Part shown: positions 28,131-38,251 of the stretch, in pieces
Numbering within the stretch: position 1 is the stretch's first letter
Layout of the letters: each line of letters opens with the position of its first letter
From: a virus
Taxonomy: Duplodnaviria; Caudoviricetes
Virus record (IMG/VR): IMGVR_UViG_2841096034_000001
DNA length: 64,000 nt
Direction: 5' to 3' (one strand)
Position numbers and translations under genes: made by a program
The notes under the pieces: generated by a model
Told to the model about the DNA's origin: nothing
The model's database searches: none
What the model saw: the letters and a program-made list of their open reading frames with translations, nothing else

Positions 28131-29043
28131 GTGTCATAAATCCGCTTGCTTTTAAGTCGCGTTTTACTGAAATAACATACTGTTGCGCATTATCAACTTC
28201 CACTAGATCACCTACTCGAATTACGTTAATATCTAGCCCTCTTACGGTAGTAGTCTGATCTATCCCTGCCAGCTGTTTGTTTCCAGCTTTTTCAGCATCT
28301 TTTTTTGTTTTGACCTTATCATCTTGTAAGATCTTTTGAAGAGTACCGAACTTCTCAGTATCTTTGGACACTGTAGCAAGCACAGGTGTTTTTTTGTCTT
28401 CTTCCTCTTTCCCTAGGACTTTCACTTGTGTTACAGCACTTTCAAGTGTTTTTCTATTTCTAACTTCTTCATTGGCTTCTAAAATCCAAACATCTCTGTT
28501 ACTCCCAAAAGGAACTAAGTCCAAACGATTCCTGTTCATCCGGGGGATAAACAAATCTCCCCCTTTATCGGACGTCTCAGACAGGTCTCTTTGAATCATT
28601 CGGTAGATTGGTTGTGCCCTATATACAGACTTGGCCAATGCTATATGAGTATCAGATATCTCCCCAAGAGGAATTTCCCAATCAGAGGCATATTCTTTCA
28701 AACGATGAGAAGCAGTCTTTCCCTTGGAAAATAAATATTCATCCTCACTTTTAGCTAAATAAATTGAGCGATCATATGCCTCTATAGATATATTTTTGAG
28801 TCCTTTCTTGGCGTCATCTACATCCCATATAACACCATTAAATATTTCTCCGTAAGAAGTGGTATTAAATAATTTACCAGTCACCTTAAGCTCATCCCCA
28901 CCTGTTATTACAGGTAAGTCGGGGTGACTTTTTATTGTTAAACTCATCCTTACGGCAACACTATCCAGCTCTTCTTCCATGGATATATCCTGAAGCAAGT
29001 CATTAAGAATGTACTCATTATTTAATACAATCTCATAATTCAT
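28072..29043 (-). CDS. xkdQ: XkdQ-like baseplate hub protein
   Basis: AYDRSIYLAKSED..KFGTLQ; synteny. Confidence 0.85.
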   Translation of the reverse strand: MNYEIVLNNEYILNDLLQDISMEEELDSVAVRMSLTIKSHPDLPVITGGDELKVTGKLFNTTSYGEIFNGVIWDVDDAKKGLKNISIEAYDRSIYLAKSEDEYLFSKGKTASHRLKEYASDWEIPLGEISDTHIALAKSVYRAQPIYRMIQRDLSETSDKGGDLFIPRMNRNRLDLVPFGSNRDVWILEANEEVRNRKTLESAVTQVKVLGKEEEDKKTPVLATVSKDTEKFGTLQKILQDDKVKTKKDAEKAGNKQLAGIDQTTTVRGLDINVIRVGDLVEVDNAQQYVISVKRDLKASGFMTLEMGSLDHIRRKYYDQGSF

Positions 29044-29672
29044 GGCATGACCAACTTCTGCCCTGGATAAATCAAGTCTGGATTTGATCCAATAGTGGAT
29101 TTATTTTCCGGTATCTTATAAATCGATGGCCATTTACTTCCGCTACCTAACTCACTTTTAGCGATATCCCATAAGTTATCTCCTTTAACGACAACATAGA
29201 CCTTTGGTTTTGGTTTTGATGGTCGTGATTTGGGCTTTTCTGATTTAGTGCTTTTTCGAATTTTAATCTCTTTGTATGCCCTGAATTCAATATCAAAATA
29301 AAGATCGCCAGGCTCACCTCCACGGATTTGTGGAGAGATACTGGCGATTCTGTACATGTCATTTATGGGACTTTCAGTGATTAATAATCGTATTGGCTTT
29401 CCTGATTCTCTCACTTTCTCTAATTTTTCAAAAGCATCATGCGGATCCGGAATGTCTTGATATTGACAATAGGAATCAGAGTGTAGAGGAAAAAAAGAAG
29501 AGAATGCAACGGTTGGCACCCTCTCTCCAGTAGGAATATCTACTTCCCCTACATCATTAATATCGATTGTCTCAATCATTTTTTCTCTTATGATATCCAC
29601 AGTCTGTGGGTTAACAGGAAAATGAAAGTCTCCAAACTCCGATGACAAAAGGTAAAAGTCCATACCGTGCAC
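29040..29672 (-). CDS. xkdP: LysM-domain tail tube initiator
   Basis: FPVNPQ N-terminus; LysM YVVVKGDNLWDIA..NPDLIYPGQKL. Confidence 0.9.
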   Translation of the reverse strand: MHGMDFYLLSSEFGDFHFPVNPQTVDIIREKMIETIDINDVGEVDIPTGERVPTVAFSSFFPLHSDSYCQYQDIPDPHDAFEKLEKVRESGKPIRLLITESPINDMYRIASISPQIRGGEPGDLYFDIEFRAYKEIKIRKSTKSEKPKSRPSKPKPKVYVVVKGDNLWDIAKSELGSGSKWPSIYKIPENKSTIGSNPDLIYPGQKLVMP

Positions 29673-29675
29673 CTC

Positions 29676-32600
29676 CTACGATTTATTTGACAAGTAAGCT
29701 TTCAGTTCTTTCGCGAATCTCCAACCTACTTCTTCAGCGATTTCATCAATTCTCTCGTCCAAGTTATCTCCGTCGCCTACCACAACTTGTCCTATCATCC
29801 CTTCAAAGTCCATTTGAATGTGAGTTTCTCTTCCATTATCACCAGAGTAGTCCTCTTCCGGTGCTTTGTATTCGGGCGCTTGATATCTAGGTGCATTCCC
29901 TACGATTCCACCTTCTGCATAGGGTTTAACACCGAGCGCTTCACCAGTCTGTTGCCATAAGCCAAGAGCTCTGTCTCTTCTCTTAGCACTTAAAGGAATG
30001 ATAGACTCTGGACCATCTTCGGCCACTAATCCTACGTGAGGGCTGCTTAATATTCCGCCCTCTGCATGAGGTGTGATTTTGTTCATGACCCAAGAGGCGC
30101 CCCTTGAAATAGAGCTACCTAAGCTTGATGCAGTGCTCTTCGCTTTATTAAAAGCGCTAGTGACCGCACCTGCCAAACGGGATCCCCAGCTGCGGAAAGT
30201 ACCTACCAATCCACTGAAGACACTGGATGCTGAAGGAGCAATACGAGCGATGATTCCAGCAACTCCTCCAGGAAGTCCTCGGACACCACTGATACCGCTA
30301 GATTCAGCACTCTTCATTCTGGAGAGGAACAAACTAGTTAGAGGACTCAACTTCCCTGAAGATAACCCTGGCAATCGTCCTAGGATGCCTCCGACACCGC
30401 CAGGCATTCCACTCACTCCGCTAACACCTGAATCTCCTGCTGAACCCATCATAGAGCCGAACAACCATCCAAGAGGGCTGAGTACTCCTGATGAAATCCC
30501 AGGAAGTCTACCTAGAATACCACCTACGCCTCCAGGCATGCCATTTATACCTTGGATACCCTGACGGCTTGCTCCTCCCATTGTTCGACCAAGTACACCA
30601 CCCAAAGGAAATAAAGCAGCTGCACTTGCGCCTGGTACGCTCCCAGCGATTCTGCTTACTCCTGAAGGCAATCCGTTAATTCCTGATAACCCGTCCTGTT
30701 TGGCAGAACCAAACCATCTGCCGAACTTGGGACCTAGTGCCCCTAAAATAGAACCTGCATTCCTCGGGAGATTCTGTACCGTTTTCTTGAAGCCAGAGGA
30801 GAACTCATCGACTTTTTCTTTTGCGGGACCGAAATTTAGTTTCTTAGCAAAATCGAATGTTTTCCCTCCGAGTAATCGTCCGAGCGAATCCCCGCCAATA
30901 GATCCGGCTATACCTCCAACAGTTCCGCCAATAGCTGTTCCTATGCCAGGAACCACAGAACCGATTGCAGCTCCAGTTGCGGCTCCGCCTAAACCTCCAG
31001 CCATTCCTCCGGCCGCTTGTGATTTGGCTCTTCCGCCTTTGGCAGTCATCATTTCAAGAGCACCTAAAGCCCCGCCTAATAGAGGCACCTTCTTAAGGAA
31101 GCTTTTACCTTTTGATAAAAATCCAACAGCCGGAGCTTTAGGAGGGGTGGGGCCTTGTGGTGGTTTAGGTGTTTTCGTTTTCCTGGTTCGAGCCTGCTCT
31201 TTCCTACGCTGAGCCCGGGTCATAGCAGTGGCCGCTCCCCCAGAACCAGGTCCGCCACCTTTTCCGCCTTTCTTGCTACCGATTAAACCTTTAGTCTTTT
31301 TACCTAGCCATCCTGCTAGTTTAAAGCCACCAAGCTTCTTCGTTAATCCAGCAAGTATCGCTGTCGCAAACACGGTACCTAACATGTTCCCTTTGCTTTC
31401 GAAAGTGCTAGAGTACACGTTTCCAAGTGATTCGAGAGCTTTGTTGATAATCTTTCCTAAATCGAAGTTATCTGCAAAACCCTCCAAGAAAGAACTAGCT
31501 GCGGTTGACCCTGCGTTTACGAACGGGCTTTGGTCCTCTTCTTCGGCCTTTATTCCTGCTAGTGCCATTAACGCAGCACCGAAAGCAGAACCTACCCCCT
31601 CACCCATCGTAGTGGCGACAGATTCCATTGCACTGCGACCAGGACCGTCATACCATTCAGCAAATGGCTTAGCTACGAATTCATCCCAAGCAATGTTCAT
31701 CTTGCCTAAAAAGTCGGCTTCTTTAAATTCACCAGACGTGACTACATCAACTACAACCTCAACACCTGCGTTTAGTTTCTTAGACATAGACTTACCGAAA
31801 TCCTCGATAGCTTCCTGGTTGTTTGTTATGAAGGACTCAAGTCTCCCAAGTTGGTCGGTAAGATTTTCTACGAACGATCGAGCTGCTGGCCCTAGACCCT
31901 TTTCTCCACCAATTACCATGAGCATACCGCTCCACGCAGATCCAAGCATTCTTACAGAGTTATATAAAGTGTCCCTCATCGTTCCTGCCATGTCTGACGC
32001 GGCGTCTTCAGAATTGGCAAGTTGTTCTGTATAATCAGCTATTGCTTCTGACCCTGTATCCATAAGTTTTGAAAAAGCAGGACCAGCTTCAAGACCGAAT
32101 ATTCTGTAAGCTTGAGCTCCTTTTAACCCAGCAACCTCTGCTGCTTTGACGATTCCGGGAAGGTCTTTCAATTCACCAGACGAATTGGTGACACTGACTC
32201 CTAAACGATCAAGCTCTTTACGCGCCGTACTTGTCGGATCGACCAGCTGTGCAAAGATTCCTCTTAAGGCTGTACCTGCCCTTTCACCTTGAATACCCGC
32301 TTTACTAATCAAACCGATTGCTGCAGAGGTCGCTTCTATCGTCTGACCTGCATCAGCTGCAGCAGGGGCTGCGTAGGATAGAGCATTTCCTAATTGTTCA
32401 ACATTCGTATTTGCCGTGGCTTGTGTCTTAGCCATGACATCTACTATTCGTTTGTATTGATCGATATCGTAACCAAATCCAGTCAAAACATTGGAAGAAA
32501 TGTCGGCTGCCCTAGCTAAGTCCAGTTGACCAGCAGTTGCTAAATCAAGTGTTTGAGGCAGAGCTGACATAGATTCATTGGCCTTGAAGCCTGCCATTGA

Positions 32601-33494
32601 TAAATAACCCAGTGCATCAGCAGTTTCTACTGAAGTGTACTCCGTTGATTTACCTAATTCTTTTGCCAAGTCACTCATATCGGCAAACTCTTTCTTTGTA
32701 GCCCCCGAAACAGCTTGTACTTTGGCCATAGCTTGCTCAAATGCTCCCGCTTCTTTCAAAGCACTAACACCGAGAAGACCAGGACTCAATGCAATAGCGC
32801 CCGCTCCCATCATCACCGGGAGCGAGGTCATCATGTTTCTTAAGCCTTCAAAAGACCTACGAATTCCCCTAAATACTGCGAAGGTTCTATCCTTAGCTGT
32901 TATGGTTATTTCCCAGGCCCTAGAGGATACTTTGCGTAGTTTGCTATTCACTTGTTTAAGCTTGGTCGATACCTGGTCCGAAAGGGAGACGCGTGGTCGA
33001 ACTCGAGCATTCCCGACCTTTTTGATTAGTTTCTCTGTTCTGTTGAGCTCTCTCATCAATGATCCTTGCAGGCGTGATTCAGGGGTCAGTACACTGCTGT
33101 CAATCTCTTTGAGGTTCTTCTTCGTCCTAGTAATGTCACGTAGTAGAGAACCCTTGGTTTTCATCGTTACTTCTACATCTTCCTTTGATAAAGATTCAAG
33201 AAGTTTGTCAGTACGTTTCACTACTGAAGTAACTTTATCCTTTGCATCGATCACTGGTTGAGCTCTTGTGTTGCCTAATCTTTTAACCAGTCGTTCTGCT
33301 TTATTGACCTTTTTGGTCATGCGGTCTCGTGCATTTATGATTGGACTTACCTTCATGCTCTTCAGCGCTCTCGCTCTACGCTGTGTCCTGTCGAACGTTT
33401 CTTTGATGCGCTTCTCAGCACGCTTGGCCCTTCTTATGGCATCGTCATCATTCACATCAAAGATTATTTCCTCCCGGTAAAATTCATCAGCCAT
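29676..33494 (-). CDS. Tape measure protein
   Basis: TP901-type core (FEQAMAKVQAVSGAT..), Gly-rich repeats, C-terminal AEGG..VAEDGPESIIPL. Confidence 0.95.
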   Translation of the reverse strand: MADEFYREEIIFDVNDDDAIRRAKRAEKRIKETFDRTQRRARALKSMKVSPIINARDRMTKKVNKAERLVKRLGNTRAQPVIDAKDKVTSVVKRTDKLLESLSKEDVEVTMKTKGSLLRDITRTKKNLKEIDSSVLTPESRLQGSLMRELNRTEKLIKKVGNARVRPRVSLSDQVSTKLKQVNSKLRKVSSRAWEITITAKDRTFAVFRGIRRSFEGLRNMMTSLPVMMGAGAIALSPGLLGVSALKEAGAFEQAMAKVQAVSGATKKEFADMSDLAKELGKSTEYTSVETADALGYLSMAGFKANESMSALPQTLDLATAGQLDLARAADISSNVLTGFGYDIDQYKRIVDVMAKTQATANTNVEQLGNALSYAAPAAADAGQTIEATSAAIGLISKAGIQGERAGTALRGIFAQLVDPTSTARKELDRLGVSVTNSSGELKDLPGIVKAAEVAGLKGAQAYRIFGLEAGPAFSKLMDTGSEAIADYTEQLANSEDAASDMAGTMRDTLYNSVRMLGSAWSGMLMVIGGEKGLGPAARSFVENLTDQLGRLESFITNNQEAIEDFGKSMSKKLNAGVEVVVDVVTSGEFKEADFLGKMNIAWDEFVAKPFAEWYDGPGRSAMESVATTMGEGVGSAFGAALMALAGIKAEEEDQSPFVNAGSTAASSFLEGFADNFDLGKIINKALESLGNVYSSTFESKGNMLGTVFATAILAGLTKKLGGFKLAGWLGKKTKGLIGSKKGGKGGGPGSGGAATAMTRAQRRKEQARTRKTKTPKPPQGPTPPKAPAVGFLSKGKSFLKKVPLLGGALGALEMMTAKGGRAKSQAAGGMAGGLGGAATGAAIGSVVPGIGTAIGGTVGGIAGSIGGDSLGRLLGGKTFDFAKKLNFGPAKEKVDEFSSGFKKTVQNLPRNAGSILGALGPKFGRWFGSAKQDGLSGINGLPSGVSRIAGSVPGASAAALFPLGGVLGRTMGGASRQGIQGINGMPGGVGGILGRLPGISSGVLSPLGWLFGSMMGSAGDSGVSGVSGMPGGVGGILGRLPGLSSGKLSPLTSLFLSRMKSAESSGISGVRGLPGGVAGIIARIAPSASSVFSGLVGTFRSWGSRLAGAVTSAFNKAKSTASSLGSSISRGASWVMNKITPHAEGGILSSPHVGLVAEDGPESIIPLSAKRRDRALGLWQQTGEALGVKPYAEGGIVGNAPRYQAPEYKAPEEDYSGDNGRETHIQMDFEGMIGQVVVGDGDNLDERIDEIAEEVGWRFAKELKAYLSNKS

Positions 33495-33678
33495 TCAATC
33501 CACCTCCTTGCTGCTGTTTTCTTCTCTTGTTTTCTTCTTCAATATCAAAAATAACCCCCTGATATATGAAACGCTTCTCCTCAGGAGGGAGGTTCCAGAT
33601 ATCAGAAGGATATTTACTTAGCTTCTTGGAAGCTTCCCAGACGAGAAAACTTATTCCTCGTCGGGATAGGAGTTTTTT
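33487..33678 (-). CDS. -1 frameshift extension of tail assembly chaperone (lambda gpGT-like)
   Basis: Slippery A AAA AAC at 33678-72; -1 frame reads LLSRRGISFLVWEASKKLSKYPSDIWNLPPEEKRFIYQGVIFDIEEENKRRKQQQGGGLNG*. Confidence 0.8.
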   Translation of the reverse strand, partial: KKLLSRRGISFLVWEASKKLSKYPSDIWNLPPEEKRFIYQGVIFDIEEENKRRKQQQGGGLNG

Positions 33679-34109
33679 ACATCTTCATCCTCAGTCGCGC
33701 TGTCATAGTAACCGGATAGATCAAGGACAACATCAGCTAGTTGATTAATCTCACCGGCAAGTAACACTCTTTTGACGACCTGTTCGGCACCAGAGGCTTT
33801 GAAAGTAGATAGCATATCCGGGTGATCCCACTTCATTTTCTCGTCTCCACCGATGGCCTTCGTAGCTGCTGCTACAAGAGCACGGTTGAAACGCTTGGTA
33901 TCAAGATCATGTTTCTCTTCTCCACGTACACGTTTGACGTTTGTGAATCGCTTCTCTAGCTTCTCAATCTCCCCTTCACGAAGTCCGGACATTAAAAAAG
34001 AAAGGTCAATACGATCAATCGTAACCTTCCTTTTCGGAATGCTGGCCTCTTCAGACGCAGCGAACAAGCGATCCAGTACACTTTTTTCATTTACAGATTT
34101 ATTAGTCAA
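33651..34109 (-). CDS. xkdN: Tail assembly chaperone
   Basis: LLAGEINQLADVVLDLSGY; between tube and tape measure. Confidence 0.85.
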   Translation of the reverse strand: MTNKSVNEKSVLDRLFAASEEASIPKRKVTIDRIDLSFLMSGLREGEIEKLEKRFTNVKRVRGEEKHDLDTKRFNRALVAAATKAIGGDEKMKWDHPDMLSTFKASGAEQVVKRVLLAGEINQLADVVLDLSGYYDSATEDEDVKNSYPDEE

Positions 34110-34125
34110 TATAATTCCTCCTCTA

Positions 34126-34563
34126 TTATTCCGCTTCGATTGGGTCTAAGAGTTCGAAGCCTTCGAAAGTAAATGGTGTTTCTTGTTCTACTTCTTGACC
34201 AGCAGTCCAGTTTGCAAGTTGTACGGAATCCCACTTAACATTTTTAAGGCGCACCCGTTCATGACCGTACGCCTCTGGATCTGCCAGTTTTGAGATAAGT
34301 TCTGTTTTTACAGGTGCCCCTCGGTCATCAGCTGCCCAAGCATGTTTCTGAATCATCTTCGAAGTGACCTTGTAACCACTCGCCGTTCCAGTTCCATTCA
34401 ATCCTGTGACTTTATGTTTTTGCCAGCGAGTCCCCGACAAGTTTAATCCACTTTTCGAAATTTCAACTTCCGCAGTCAAGCTGTTTATATTCTCTTGCCA
34501 TTCACCGTCTTCCCATAACTCACCAAAACTACCATTAATAACGCGATCTGCATCTTGTGACAT
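34126..34563 (-). CDS. xkdM: Tail tube protein
   Basis: VINGSFGELWEDG..ISKLADPEAYGHERV..ETPFTF. Confidence 0.92.
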   Translation of the reverse strand: MSQDADRVINGSFGELWEDGEWQENINSLTAEVEISKSGLNLSGTRWQKHKVTGLNGTGTASGYKVTSKMIQKHAWAADDRGAPVKTELISKLADPEAYGHERVRLKNVKWDSVQLANWTAGQEVEQETPFTFEGFELLDPIEAE

Positions 34564-34583
34564 ATATTTTCACCGTCCTTTTA

Positions 34584-35999
34584 TTATTGGTGGTAACCCG
34601 TACCATAGATTTCTTCCATCGTATCGATGTCTGCAACACGATACTCCCAGAAGAATTGATCTTTTCCTGCAGTGGCCATTCGTTCTTGGTCCATTTCTAC
34701 TGTAAAATCTGGTGCAATCAAAGTTGGTGACAGTGTTTCAAAATAATTTTTCAATGCGGATAGCACATATGCTTGTCCATCAGGATTGTTTGGTACTTTC
34801 CCGATAAACTTCTCAATAGATTCACTCGAAGTATCCATATCAATCGCATCTTTCACCCGAACCATCTTGATTTTCTTCCACGTATCGTTTTGATTCTCCC
34901 GTAGAGTGTTTAATGTGTTTACTCCACGTTCGCACCTAACCTTCCCATTTTCATAAGACATGACAATGGTTCCAGAAGTTACGGCTTCTTTCTTTTGCTC
35001 GTATGTTAATCGTGGCTTTACATCAGTAAATGGTGTAACTGCGAAAGTTACGCTCTCTCTTAAAGGGAGGCCAGATACAAGACCAGCAAAATATGAGGCG
35101 ACCTCAGCACTTGAGTACCAAACTCCGTCATATTCGCCACTAACACCTATATTGACGATACCCTCGTAGTCTAGTGATCTAGAACGATTAAAACCAGTGC
35201 TAGGTGTTTCATCATCTGTGGCTGACCCGCCTAGGAAGGTTGTAATTTTCTTTCCTTGACTTCTTAATCGCTTGGTCCATTCCGCGACAGATGCTCTAAG
35301 ATCAGCATCGACAATGCCGTCTAAAGTAAAAGCATCAAAACGGTGCGCTTCGAAAGCGGTTAAAGCATCCATATATTGTTCATTGGTTACACTAGCGACT
35401 CCAGAATTACCACCCGCTAAAGGTTCGTTCGTCACAGAAGCTAAAGTGCCATCATTATCCTTTGTTGCAGTCAACCATTCATTCCTGGTGCTCGTATTTA
35501 CAGCAGATACCAGGGCATCAATATCAGAAAACGGGACTTCAAATAACTTTCTCGTTCCCTCATAAAGGATCAATTCTTGACTCCCTTGTTCTGTTAGACT
35601 ATCCCGGATAGTAACGTTAAACTCCAATGATGTAGGGTGTTTAGTAGTCAGCGTTAAAACATCTACCGCAGCTCCATCCTGGAGTTTCACACTGGCCTTA
35701 GCTTCAGAACCATCGGCCACCCGGTAACCTATTACTTTGTTAGGATTTCCTAGTAGCATGAGGGAAATTAGTTTAAATGCAGTGAACCCACCACCAAAGT
35801 CAGTGTGATACACGTTTTTCAATTCATCTTCACTGGTAATTTCAACAAGTTCACCTACAGGACCCCAGTTTGCCTTCACAGGAATAGCTACTATTCCTCG
35901 AGTTCCATTACTAGATGTATTCTTCGCTGCAGAAATGAAGCGCATATACGCTCCGGCTAGAGTTTTGTCCTCACCAGGACTCCATTCTCCTCTTCCCAT
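34584..35999 (-). CDS. xkdK: Tail sheath protein
   Basis: RGIVAIPVKANWGP..RGVNTL..KIKMVR..FIGKVPNNPDG. Confidence 0.95.
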   Translation of the reverse strand: MGRGEWSPGEDKTLAGAYMRFISAAKNTSSNGTRGIVAIPVKANWGPVGELVEITSEDELKNVYHTDFGGGFTAFKLISLMLLGNPNKVIGYRVADGSEAKASVKLQDGAAVDVLTLTTKHPTSLEFNVTIRDSLTEQGSQELILYEGTRKLFEVPFSDIDALVSAVNTSTRNEWLTATKDNDGTLASVTNEPLAGGNSGVASVTNEQYMDALTAFEAHRFDAFTLDGIVDADLRASVAEWTKRLRSQGKKITTFLGGSATDDETPSTGFNRSRSLDYEGIVNIGVSGEYDGVWYSSAEVASYFAGLVSGLPLRESVTFAVTPFTDVKPRLTYEQKKEAVTSGTIVMSYENGKVRCERGVNTLNTLRENQNDTWKKIKMVRVKDAIDMDTSSESIEKFIGKVPNNPDGQAYVLSALKNYFETLSPTLIAPDFTVEMDQERMATAGKDQFFWEYRVADIDTMEEIYGTGYHQ

Positions 36000-36002
36000 T
36001 TA

Positions 36003-36239
36003 CTACACCTTCCTTTTCATAAATTTATTGATAGCAGATTTTACCTCATCCACCGTAAAGATTTCCTTTTCAAAACTATTCAGTGCTCCAACAACAACTT
36101 CAGGAGAAACGTTGAAAGCAGCATTCGCATTGGTAACTAACTCACTTTTGTTGTAAGTCGGTTCTTTCTTAGCTGCCTCTTTTTTATTGACGTGATCTTT
36201 ACTATCTCGTTGACTCATTACTTCACCCCACTTCCCCAT
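36003..36239 (-). CDS. Small phage protein
   Basis: YqzN/YkzM-like size and position before sheath. Confidence 0.55.
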   Translation of the reverse strand: MGKWGEVMSQRDSKDHVNKKEAAKKEPTYNKSELVTNANAAFNVSPEVVVGALNSFEKEIFTVDEVKSAINKFMKRKV

Positions 36240-37077
36240 CTGAATTCATCTGCTCAATCACCGTAACTTCCTCATAAGGACGTTTAGTCCTTCGTTTTAA
36301 TCGGAGTGTGATTTGACCTCTATTTAATCCATCAGCAAGAAAATCCCCACGAGGTTGAACGACTGTCATGAATTTTTTATTTTCGATGTCCAAAGGGACC
36401 TTAATGTCTGACATGAATTGTTCAACCAACGCAGAAATTGCTCTTATCCTAAGGTTAGGAGATTCAGAGATTACATGCCCCACAACCTCTTTCCTAACCT
36501 CGAAGGACGCCCGGCTTACACCTTCCACCCGGTAATCATTCAGCCTCCACAACACTGAAGGTCGCTTGTAACCTAAAGGTAGACGGTTTTCGTAAACTGT
36601 CCATTCTGGGTTAGCCGGATCCTCATTTAAAAGCTCTCCCGACCAACTTGATAGAGCCTCTAACCAATGATCTGTTAAAACATCTGGTGACACGTCCACT
36701 TGCTGAAGAGCCATAACTGCAAATCGTAATCCGCGCGTTATAGCATCCCATTCATGATCGGTTACATCCTGGCCAGACGTCCCTAGATACACGCAAGAAA
36801 AGACAGCGCCTGTGGTCTGATCGGTAATTAGTTGTTGATCCAATGCCTCTATAATTTTCTTTTGCAGGTCATCCACTTTAGTGAATGTAGTCCTCGAAAC
36901 ATAAGGCCATATCTCAACAATTCTTCGAAACCCTACCCAATCACTATCCTCGGTATCTACACCTTGTCTGATTACTCCATAAGGCTTTTCCGATTGAGGT
37001 CCAGCCACATGAGGTTCATAGACGTCTTTGAATTCAGGTATGCTATTCATTAACTGTTCTCTTATGGCATTCCTCAT
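36223..37077 (-). CDS. Tail completion/terminator-like protein
   Basis: Position in neck module; two similar halves. Confidence 0.6.
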   Translation of the reverse strand: MRNAIREQLMNSIPEFKDVYEPHVAGPQSEKPYGVIRQGVDTEDSDWVGFRRIVEIWPYVSRTTFTKVDDLQKKIIEALDQQLITDQTTGAVFSCVYLGTSGQDVTDHEWDAITRGLRFAVMALQQVDVSPDVLTDHWLEALSSWSGELLNEDPANPEWTVYENRLPLGYKRPSVLWRLNDYRVEGVSRASFEVRKEVVGHVISESPNLRIRAISALVEQFMSDIKVPLDIENKKFMTVVQPRGDFLADGLNRGQITLRLKRRTKRPYEEVTVIEQMNSDGEVG

Positions 37078-37079
37078 CG

Positions 37080-37508
37080 TTAGTCCCTCCTGAATAATCG
37101 GTGCACGCTATCTCTCATCTTGTTCCAATGGACGTCAACAGTAGGCCCAATAATCGGTTGAGCTTTTATACCTGGATGAATGACTTCCCTTACTGGGTGT
37201 GAAGCGCCATACCAAAATAAGGCTTGCTTGTTTTTCGGTTTGATTTTATAGGGTACCCCTTTCGGACCGTGAATCCCTGTTCCTTCCTCCAGATAGTTAC
37301 CAGCTTCAGACCCGTGAGATAAATAGGTAGTTACTTCATCGCCGTTTACTTCCACACCAGAGTGGATGGATTGTCTTGTGTGTCCTGTTCGGTCAACCCA
37401 TTCAGCATGAGTTTTGGCATATCGCTCCATAGTACCAGCGTAGTTATCTGCCAAAGCATGAAGCTCCGCTTTCTTCCTATTCAACTTTTGCTCATAAGAA
37501 AAAGCCAT
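37080..37508 (-). CDS. HK97 gp10-like neck protein
   Basis: WVDRTGHTRQSI..YLEEGTG..HPGIKAQP. Confidence 0.8.
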   Translation of the reverse strand: MAFSYEQKLNRKKAELHALADNYAGTMERYAKTHAEWVDRTGHTRQSIHSGVEVNGDEVTTYLSHGSEAGNYLEEGTGIHGPKGVPYKIKPKNKQALFWYGASHPVREVIHPGIKAQPIIGPTVDVHWNKMRDSVHRLFRRD

Positions 37509-37892
37509 CTACCCCACCCTCTCCAGGTCGGCTTGATAGCCTACAATCTGATTCATAACGATTTGAGGACGAACGGCGGTAATGACGAAATGGCCGTACC
37601 CTCCAGCTTCAAACCGATCTTCTACATTTGTTCCAGATTTTAAGTCAGCCTCTGAATCAGCTAACATCGACCAGCTGTCATTTGTTTGTTTCGCCCCGAC
37701 AACACCATTTGTCTCTTTCGTTTCTGTGGTTGAAGCTTGGTAAATGCGCACAGTAAAAGGGCCAGGGTTAGATTCTGCTTCATCGAATCCACCCCCAACC
37801 CTTTTCTTTTCCGTTCGGGATATAGTGATGTCTGTCGGGTTTCTCTGGATATTCCATTTGATATGGTCTTTCCGGACTTTAACGAAATCCAT
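37509..37892 (-). CDS. Head closure protein
   Basis: Synteny, beta-rich 127 aa. Confidence 0.6.
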   Translation of the reverse strand: MDFVKVRKDHIKWNIQRNPTDITISRTEKKRVGGGFDEAESNPGPFTVRIYQASTTETKETNGVVGAKQTNDSWSMLADSEADLKSGTNVEDRFEAGGYGHFVITAVRPQIVMNQIVGYQADLERVG

Positions 37893-38237
37893 TTAGAGCA
37901 CCTCCGGAGGCTTTATTTTAAACAAAACCCCTCCGGAGCTTTCCTTACCCATCTCTTGATAATGATTAGCCATTGCCATTGCATGGGTCATCTTATCTTT
38001 TAGGGAGGTTAGTGTGTACTGCTCATCACCTGTAGAATACTTCTCAATATCCCCTTGGAGTAGGGCTGCCTTTTCAGCCCACCCCTTGGATGCAGCTGTG
38101 TAAACATTCGATGATTCTTGGAGCAAACCATCCAGTTCAACATCACTAAAGTTCGTGTCTGCCTCCGATCCACCGCTGGGAACCTTCTCGTTCAGCAATT
38201 TACGCAGCTTGTTTCTCAACTCCTTGGTTGGAGTCAT
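37893..38237 (-). CDS. Head-tail adaptor
   Basis: FSDVELDGLL..AASKGWAEKA; follows capsid. Confidence 0.65.
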   Translation of the reverse strand: MTPTKELRNKLRKLLNEKVPSGGSEADTNFSDVELDGLLQESSNVYTAASKGWAEKAALLQGDIEKYSTGDEQYTLTSLKDKMTHAMAMANHYQEMGKESSGGVLFKIKPPEVL

Positions 38238-38251
38238 AGTACTTCACCTCC

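Noticed and set aside
29900-30700. Gly-rich repeats in tape measure C-terminus as a novel domain
   Set aside because: Periodic amphipathic repeats are normal for tape measure proteins
30073-33480. Long plus-strand ORFs opposite the tape measure gene
   Set aside because: Antisense shadows of a Gly/Ala-rich gene; low-complexity products
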